Assembly: GCF_001194135.2 (NCBI RefSeq) | Contig: NC_068989.1 | Location: 36,270,696 to 36,312,802, forward strand | Source: Octopus bimaculoides | Lineage: Eukaryota | Length of the DNA stretch: 42,107 bases | Reading direction: 5' to 3' | Shown here: positions 34,431 through 42,107 of the stretch, piece by piece | Position numbering within the stretch: the stretch's first letter is position 1 | How the letters are laid out: every line of letters starts with the position of its first letter | The notes under the pieces: model-generated | Databases searched by the model: none | Told to the model about the DNA's origin: nothing | What the model saw: only the letters and a program-made list of their open reading frames with translations | Program-made: the position numbers and the translations under genes

Positions 34431-34582
34431 TACAGCCAGCCAGCCAAACAGCCAAACAGCCAGACAGACAGGCAGTCAGACTGACAGACAAACAGACAGA
34501 TATATAGATTCTTACCTACCTACCCACTTACCAACATACATACATACATACATACATACATACATACATGCATACATACATA
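34355..34582. repeat. (GATA)n, (CAGC/GACA)n and (TACA)n microsatellites
   Basis: Directly visible. Confidence 0.9.
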
Positions 34583-34767
34583 TGAAAGATTGATAGACAA
34601 ACAGATACATAAACAAGGAATGAAAAATAGAGAGACGATAATAAGAGTAAGAGAAAGAGAAAATAAGACAAATAAGATATTTATCCATGTGTAAATAAAA
34701 TTAACAGCCATGACGGTGAGAAATAAAATCAGAAAAAACATAGATAAAATATTAGATATACTTCATC

Positions 34768-35413
34768 TACGTGTCTTCATCAGATTGGCTTACAATGACA
34801 GAAGGGGTTACATCTTCATTAGATTAAATTACAATGATAGAAAGGGCCACATCTTTATATAATATTAACTTACAATGACAGAAAGGGGACACATCTTTAT
34901 AATATTAACTTATAGTGACAGAAAGTGGCACGTCTTCATTAGATTAACTTGAAATGAGAGAAAGGGCTATGTTTTCATTACATTAACTTACAATGAGAAA
35001 AAGGGCCACATCTTAACTAGATTAAATTACAATGAAAGGTCCACGTCTTTATAATATTGACTTACAGTGACAGAAAGGACCACACTTTTATAATATTAAT
35101 TTATAATGACAGAAAGGGTCACATCTTTATAATATTGGCTTATAATGACAGAGAGGGCCACATCTCCGTTAGATAAACTTACAATGAGAAAAAGGGCCAC
35201 ATCATCACTGGATTAAATTGCAATGAGAGACAGTGCCACACCTTCATTAGATTTATAATATTAACTTACAGTGATAGAAAGGTCCTCGTCCTTCTATTAT
35301 TAACTTACAACGAAGGAGAGCGCCACATCTTTGTGATACTGACGTACAATTTCAAAAAGGGATTCACCTTTGAAATAGTAACATACACCTGATAATATTA
35401 ACTTACAGTGAGA
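34768..35413. repeat. 39-bp minisatellite, about 16 units, with 5-unit higher-order periodicity
   Basis: Consensus cacatctttataatattaacttacaatgacagaaagggc; two variants (cttcattagattaa vs ctttataatattaa); units 2, 7 and 12 share gattaaatt(a/g)caatga and units 6 and 11 share acttacaatgagaaaaagggccacatc. Confidence 0.92.
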
Positions 35414-35590
35414 GGCGAAGATGTGGCTATGTGGTAAGAAGTTTGCTTCTCACTCACATGGTCCCAAGTTAAGTCTCAGTGCGTGGCACCTTTGTCATGT
35501 GTCTTCTACTATAGCCTCGGGCCGATCAAAGCTGTGTGAGTGGATTTAGTAGATAGAAACTGAAAGAAGCCTGTCGTGTATATATAGAAT
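35414..35590 (+). mobile_element. SINE 5' half
   Basis: gtggctatgtggtaagaagtttgcttc...gtgcgtggcacctttg...ctactatagcctcgggccgatcaaagc...gaaactgaaagaagcctgtcgtgtatata. Confidence 0.88.
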
Positions 35591-35686
35591 AGCGCGCGCA
35601 TGCGTGTCTTTGCGTCTGTGTTTGTAACAAACAGCTTGACAGATAGATAGACATGCGTGTTTGTATGCACGTATATGTGTATATAC

Positions 35687-35797
35687 CAACACCACCGTGA
35701 CCACCACTATTACCACGTTGACCACCATTACTACCTTGACCATCTTGATCGTGGTGAAAATGCCGTTTGTCATAAAATTTACTCATCCAAATCCGAC
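35687..35797 (-). CDS. Candidate 111-nt symmetric phase-1 exon, His/Gly-rich
   Basis: gtttaactctag|GT CGG ... GTT G|gtatat encodes (G)RIWMSKFYDKRHFHHDQDGQGSNGGQRGNSGGHGGV(G). Lies in a CAC/TAC-rich region, so a degenerate repeat is a real alternative. Confidence 0.3.
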
Positions 35798-35864
35798 CTA
35801 GAGTTAAACAGCAGTAACAACTACAATACCATAGTGAGCACCACAATACTCACCGCTGAAATAC

Positions 35865-35968
35865 AGCCACCACCACCACCACCACCACCACAACCATCAC
35901 TACTACTACTACCATCACCGCCAAAGCTACCACCACCACCACCATCACCACTACCACTACCACTACCA

Positions 35969-36010
<42 letters not shown>
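35865..36010. repeat. (CAC)n/(TAC)n compound trinucleotide repeat
   Basis: Directly visible. Confidence 0.9.
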
Positions 36011-36011
<1 letters not shown>

Positions 36012-36012
36012 C

Positions 36013-36081
36013 CACAACCAACGCCATTCCACCCCACCTTGCTACTTGTCATAATGAATAAACTCGTGTAATTTCGTACAT
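36013..36081 (-). CDS. Candidate 69-nt symmetric phase-1 exon
   Basis: ccctgccccaccag|AT GTA ... TGT G|gtgagt; open frame (D)VRNYTSLFIMTSSKVGWNGVGC(G), same phase as 35687-35797. Confidence 0.2.
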
Positions 36082-36519
36082 CTGGTGGGGCAGGGCTACA
36101 TTACTATTGTTATTATAGTTGATATTACTGTTGCTGTTTTTTTGTTGTCGACGTCATTGCTACTGCTGAAGATAATGGAAGTAGTAGGGTGCCTCAAAAC
36201 CCTTAAAATTGATGCTAAGATAAACGCCCTTTCTGACAAGATCCTTCACCACTAATCTGATTGCCTGCTTTTTGGAACGTTTTCTTACGAATGGCTCCTT
36301 TCTTCCTACCGACATTGCCACACCTTCACCAACATCATCACCACCCCATCACAAACAACACCAACACACTCTCACCAACATCACCAACTTGCCACCACCA
36401 CCATCAATAACAAAAACATAACCACACCTCCAGTAGAATCACAATACAAGCCGCTGCTGCCACCAATATCAAGAATATATATAAAGATCTTAAACGAGTT
36501 TCTATGGAACGCACGCATA

Positions 36520-36999
36520 CGAACATACATACATACATACATACATACATACATACATACATACATACATACATACATACATACACGTATAATACATAGA
36601 TACATATACACATACATACGTTTATATAAATATATAGAGGGATATTCTTTTACTTTTCATATATACGTCAATGTAAGTGTGAATCTATGTATGTATAGTT
36701 ATGTTTGCATATATATGCGCGCGCGTGTTATACATATATATGTGTGTATGCACATATAAATGTATATGTTTATGCTATATGTCTAATATACATATGGACA
36801 TATTTATGTTATACATACGATGCACAAAACTCGCAGTCTTGAGTCACTCTGTAACATTTGGTGATTAATAATACAAACACATGTACAGATTGATAGACAG
36901 ACAGCTAGATAGATAGAGACACCCTGTTATACTAATATGTATTCATCATTAATAATTGGCAGAACTTACATAGGTGTGCATAAATAGATAGATCGATAA

Positions 37000-37060
<61 letters not shown>
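36520..37060. repeat. (CATA)n, TA-rich and (GATA)n microsatellites
   Basis: Directly visible. Confidence 0.85.
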
Positions 37061-37138
37061 AAACACGACTGTGTTGGAATTTAATTCTTTTATTAACGTT
37101 TGTTCGTATCTACGTACGAGATTCTTATTGATTTAGAA

Positions 37139-37453
37139 CAGTGGTTCTCAACCGGGGTCCATATGGCCCCTACAAGCCCATATAAGACTTTTGAGGGTCC
37201 ACATAACCAAATAATAAATTGGGAATCTACAACAGTATATTAAGGGCCTCTGAAAACATTTTGCTTTAGGTGTATGTATTGGTATGTATTGCAAGAAACA
37301 GCTGGGTTTCTTTCTCTAACATTTTGTGTGAAAAACAAAACAGAAATTTGGAATGACGTTTCAATAAAACTAGTTTTTAAACATAGAACAGCTATGGAGC
37401 TCCACTAGAATAAAATAGTAATCAGTTTTTTAAAAAATGGTTGAAAGCCCCTC
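37139..37453 (+). mobile_element. hAT/Charlie-type MITE, copy 3 (longer variant)
   Basis: Left TIR cagtggttctcaaccgggg; decayed right TIR ggttgaaagcccctc; TSD atttagaa (37131-37138) / gtttagaa (37454-37461). Confidence 0.82.
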
Positions 37454-38242
37454 GTTTAGAATAACAGGATCCTCAAATTCATCTTTATGGACGTTTCCTC
37501 CCTATTTTAACCTCACTTTCAGGATATGGAGTGATCTTCGCTTCTGTACTGCATTAATATAAAGTGGGANNNNNNNNNNNNNNNNNNNNNNNNNNNNNNN
37601 NNNNNNNNNNNNNNNNNNNNNNNNNNNNNNNNNNNNNNNNNNNNNNNNNNNNNNNNNNNNNNNNNNNNNNNNNNNNNNNNNNNNNNNNNNNNNNNNNNNN
37701 NNNNNNNNNNNNNNNNNNNNNNNNNNNNNNNNNNNNNNNNNNNNNNNNNNNNNNNNNNNNNNNNNNNNNNNNNNNNNNNNNNNNNNNNNNNNNNNNNNNN
37801 NNNNNNNNNNNNNNNNNNNNNNNNNNNNNNNNNNNNNNNNNNNNNNNNNNNNNNNNNNNNNNNNNNNNNNNNNNNNNNNNNNNNNNNNNNNNNNNNNNNN
37901 NNNNNNNNNNNNNNNNNNNNNNNNNNNNNNNNNNNNNNNNNNNNNNNNNNNNNNNNNNNNNNNNNNNNNNNNNNNNNNNNNNNNNNNNNNNNNNNNNNNN
38001 NNNNNNNNNNNNNNNNNNNNNNNNNTATATATATATACATATATACACACACACACATATATATATATACACACACACACACATATATATATATACATAT
38101 ATACATATATATACATATATATACATATATACATGCATATATACTAATATAAATAATATATAAATATATGCATATATACACTCATATATGTACATACCTA
38201 CATATATATGTATATATACATGGATATATATACATACATATA

Positions 38243-38281
<39 letters not shown>

Positions 38282-38688
38282 NNNNNNNNNNNNNNNNNNN
38301 NNNNNNNNNNNNNNNNNNNNNNNNNNNNNNNNNNNNNNNNNNNNNNNNNNNNNNNNNNNNNNNNNNNNNNNNNNNNNNNNNNNNNNNNNNNNNNNNNNNN
38401 NNNNNNNNNNNNNNNNNNNNNNNNNNNNNNNNNNNNNNNNNNNNNNNNNNNNNNNNNNNNNNNNNNNNNNNNNNNNNNNNNNNNNNNNNNNNNNNNNNNN
38501 NNNNNNNNNNNNNNNNNNNNNNNNNNNNNNNNNNNNNNNNNNNNNNNNNNNNNNNNNNNNNNNNNNNNNNNNNNNNNNNNNNNNNNNNNNNNNNNNNNNN
38601 NNNNNNNNNNNNNNNNNNNNNNNNNNNNNNNNNNNNNNNNNNNNNNNNNNNNNNNNNNNNNNNNNNNNNNNNNNNNNNNNNNNNNNNN

Positions 38689-38740
<52 letters not shown>

Positions 38741-39059
38741 ACATCCAATTTTCCACTAGTATTTCATTAAATTACCAATGTGGCCGAGAAAGACTTTTCA
38801 CAACTCAAAAGGGTATATATTCAATATACAAAAATTAAAAGAAAATGGAGATTAACGATTGACGTATTTTATATATAATTTATTTACATAATATTACAAT
38901 AATAATATAATACGAATAGAAATACAAATATTAATCCTATAAATTGTTTCGATTTATACTCAATAAGGAATTTTTTTAAAAATTCACATTTATTGGTATA
39001 AATCTCACCAGGTAAATATTTGACAAAATTAGACAAAATTACATGTAAGGATTGTAAAA

Positions 39060-40290
39060 TCCTAGAACAGACTATTCGAGATATGGAAGCAAAACCTGGA
39101 ATTTAAGGGCCTTAAGGTTAACTTTGCAAAAACTTAAGATCTAGTATGCAAGAAAACTGACAGGACCCTACCCATTTCATTTAGGTTGCCCTGTACGATT
39201 TGTAGGAAAGGTGTAGGTAGGAACTCCATACAACGTAAGCTAATGGACACACAAGAGGTGCGAAGGATTAATAGGAAAACTATCAGAGAAGGTAGTGTTC
39301 GTATGTGGAAGATACACGAGATCCATAAACCTATAGAGAATCTGAGAAAATACATCTCTGAAATGCCCTGGTGGCCCATTAGAGGTAGTAAGTAATTTCT
39401 GCTACCTAGCGGATCAAATTAGTAGTGGGGGTGATGCATGGATAGTATGATAGCTAGAATAAGAATAGGATGGAGGAAATTCACAATGCTGTTTCTCTCT
39501 CCGAGTGAAAGGAAGATTGTATGTATACGGACAGCAATTCTACATGGCAGTGAAACGTGATCCCTGAATGCAAAGGGCATGCTAAGGTAAGAAAGAAATG
39601 AGGCTAGTATGCTCCACTGGATGAGTAATGTAAGTGTACATTTTCGACAGAATGTTAGTGTTTTGAGAGATAAACTAGGCATAAGAATTAGTTGTTGAGT
39701 GGAAGAGAGAAGACTGCGCTGGTTTGGTCATGTGATGCAGATGGATGCTAACAGCTCCATGAAGAAGTGCCAATCTCTCAAAGTAGATGGAACATGTAGA
39801 CGTGGGAGACCCAGGATGACATGGGACGAAGCACTGAAGAACGACCTCAGGACGTTGAACCTTTCAGGTAAGATCACAAAGGACTCAGATACCTGACACC
39901 TTGCTGCACTAAAGAAGACCCCGTATTCCACAACAGAAGTGTTAAGAGCGGTCCCCCCAGTGGTGAGGATTTACCTGCAAAAGTCCTGTGCTGGTGTCAC
40001 GTAAAAAGCGCGCGTGCGGTGCTGCTTAAAAGCGCCCGTGCGGTGCCACGTAAAAGCGCCCGCGCGTCGTCACGTAAAAGCGCCCATGCGGATCCACTTA
40101 AAACCATCTAATCCATGCTACGTAAAAGCACCCAGCACACTCTCTAAGGTGGTTGGCGTTGGGAAGGGCACCCAGCCGTAGAAACCATGCCAAATTAGAC
40201 TGTAGTCTGGTGCAGCTCTACAGCTTGTTAGCTCTGATCAAACAGTCCAACCCATGCCAGCATGGACAACGGACGTTAAATGATGCTGCT
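39060..40290 (+). mobile_element. 5'-truncated RTE-clade LINE (RT C-terminus, Cys-rich insert, 3' UTR, TGA-type tail)
   Basis: Frameshifted WKQNLEFKGLKVNFAKT; LPCTICRKGVGRNSI; WTHKRC; LEVVSNFCYLADQISSGG; RTAILHGSET; ERNEASMLHWM; EERRLRWFGHVMQM; GTCRRGRPRMTWDE; ends ccatgccagcatggacaacggacgttaaatgatgctg. Confidence 0.95.
39996..40133 (+). repeat. 24-bp tandem repeat inside the RTE 3' UTR, about 5.5 units
   Basis: Unit gccacgtaaaagcgcccgtgcggt repeated with decay. Confidence 0.88.
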
Positions 40291-40291
40291 G

Positions 40292-40358
<67 letters not shown>

Positions 40359-41370
40359 ATAAGAGTGAAAAAACTACAGAAGGCTTGTGTTACATGGTTA
40401 AAGTATATATTTAAATTATGTCAGAAAAATGTTATAAAATTTTTTGGGTATATAAACATTGTATTTGGAGAAATAACCGGTTTCGTGTTGTCTTTTCAAA
40501 TTTCTCTACTTCATTGTAACATGTGTTCGCTCCAGCCTGAAAAGAAGAGTTCTAGATAGGNNNNNNNNNNNNNNNNNNNNNNNNNNNNNNNNNNNNNNNN
40601 NNNNNNNNNNNNNNNNNNNNNNNNNNNNNNNNNNNNNNNNNNNNNNNNNNNNNNNNNNNNNNNNNNNNNNNNNNNNNNNNNNNNNNNNNNNNNNNNNNNN
40701 NNNNNNNNNNNNNNNNNNNNNNNNNNNNNNNNNNNNNNNNNNNNNNNNNNNNNNNNNNNNNNNNNNNNNNNNNNNNNNNNNNNNNNNNNNNNNNNNNNNN
40801 NNNNNNNNNNNNNNNNNNNNNNNNNNNNNNNNNNNNNNNNNNNNNNNNNNNNNNNNNNNNNNNNNNNNNNNNNNNNNNNNNNNNNNNNNNNNNNNNNNNN
40901 NNNNNNNNNNNNNNNNNNNNNNNNNNNNNNNNNNNNNNNNNNNNNNNNNNNNNNNNNNNNNNNNNNNNNNNNNNNNNNNNNNNNNNNNNNNNNNNNNNNN
41001 NNNNNNNNNNNNNNNNNNNNNNNNNNNNNNNNNNNNNNNNNNNNNNNNNNNNNNNNNNNNNNNNNNNNNNNNNNNNNNNNNNNNNNNNNNNNNNNNNNNN
41101 NNNNNNNNNNNNNNNNNNNNNNNNNNNNNNNNNNNNNNNNNNNNNNNNNNNNNNNNNNNNNNNNNNNNNNNNNNNNNNNNNNNNNNNNNNNNNNNNNNNN
41201 NNNNNNNNNNNNNNNNNNNNNNNNNNNNNNNNNNNNNNNNNNNNNNNNNNNNNNNNNNNNNNNNNNNNNNNNNNNNNNNNNNNNNNNNNNNNNNNNNNNN
41301 NNNNNNNNNNNNNNNNNNNNNNNNNNNNNNNNNNNNNNNNNNNNNNNNNNNNNNNNNNNNNNNNNNNNNT

Positions 41371-41810
41371 AATTTTGCCTTTGTGAGGATCTTTTTCAGT
41401 GATTTTGGTTGTTTGTAGCTTTTAATGATTTTGTGTGTGTGTAAAATTTCCTTTAATTTGGGGTCTTTATGTAGCATTGGTATGTTTTGGGTGATGATGG
41501 TGAAGGCTTCTTTGTTTCTGGGGTTGTATGTGGATATGTACGGCAGTATTTTCGAGGAAGGTGTGTTGCTGTGTTTAACTTTTCTTAAGTTTTCTATGTT
41601 AATTTGTGATGCACGTCTGATTCCATCCTCTATGAGTTGAACTGGGTAGTGTCTGTCAATTAGTGTGTGTTTGTGTTCTTGTAGTCTATAGTCTCTAGTA
41701 TTTTGTTCTGACACCATTGTGCATATCCTTCTTGTAAGGTTGAAGGGTATGTTTGCAGGTGCACTCTGCTTCGACAGCAGATTGCATGCCCAGAATACCG
41801 AATGATACCT
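41371..41810 (-). mobile_element. Penelope-like element fragment (RT thumb/linker region; downstream part lost in gap)
   Basis: ANIPFNLTRRICTMVSE...YPVQLIEDGIRRA...ILPYISTYNPRN...LHKDPKLKEIL...IIKSYKQPKSLKKILTKAK matches PLE motifs (NIPxxLARRIxxIVS; LPFVxTYNP; RQPxNLKxxLxRAK). Confidence 0.88.
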
Positions 41811-42107
41811 CTTAGTGAGCAAATTGAGAAATGCGCAAAACAAATGCTACCACAATTTATAATCTTTCCTTTCTATCAATGTGCTATTAGAACACCAACA
41901 CAAATTAGATTAAATAAGGAAACCTTTTTCATTAAAAAATACAAACCCAAACTTAACCATTGCTAACACATTTAAATAAGGAAATTCATCACCCCACTGA
42001 GAGGGGAAAAAATATAGAACAAAACCACGGTAAATTAATCAAATTCTACCACCTCCTAGATTTCGATTATCTCCCTTATACCGGAAGAAATCCCTAATTA
42101 CCTCCCC

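Noticed and set aside
34768-35413. CRISPR-like appearance of the 39-bp array
   Set aside because: Units are contiguous diverged copies with no unique spacers, no cas genes, and the context is eukaryotic.
35821-36027. Gly/Ser-rich minus ORF ending at a GTGAGT donor (35853)
   Set aside because: It is the (GGT)/(AGT) microsatellite read in frame; phase-0 splicing over a 56-nt intron gives an immediate stop (VGFG*).

Overview
AT-rich, microsatellite-saturated eukaryotic genomic DNA from a gapped draft assembly (many N runs, mostly next to (TA)n). The tRNA-derived SINE families and RTE LINE resemble those I know from Octopus, so a cephalopod origin is likely (inference; no database search run). 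No complete host gene can be supported. The window is mainly a transposon graveyard: about 20 SINE copies or fragments, three hAT/Charlie-type MITEs with 8-bp TSDs, a Tigger-like MITE, an internally deleted mariner nested in an older SINE, a DD37D (maT) transposase relic, a hAT transposase C-terminal relic, a fairly well preserved Helitron Rep fragment, and RTE, CR1/L2-like, R4/Dong-like and Penelope-like retroelement fragments. Signals not explained by these: a ~380-bp imperfect foldback (27465-27843), a 39-bp minisatellite with a 5-unit higher-order structure, a 55-nt pre-miRNA-sized hairpin, three diverged local duplications, and several small splice-bounded minus-strand segments (Gly/Tyr-rich, His/Gly-rich, GPI-tail-like) that could be exons of an unannotated gene. 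Most ORFs in the supplied track are microsatellite or gap artefacts. Coordinates of degenerate elements are approximate.
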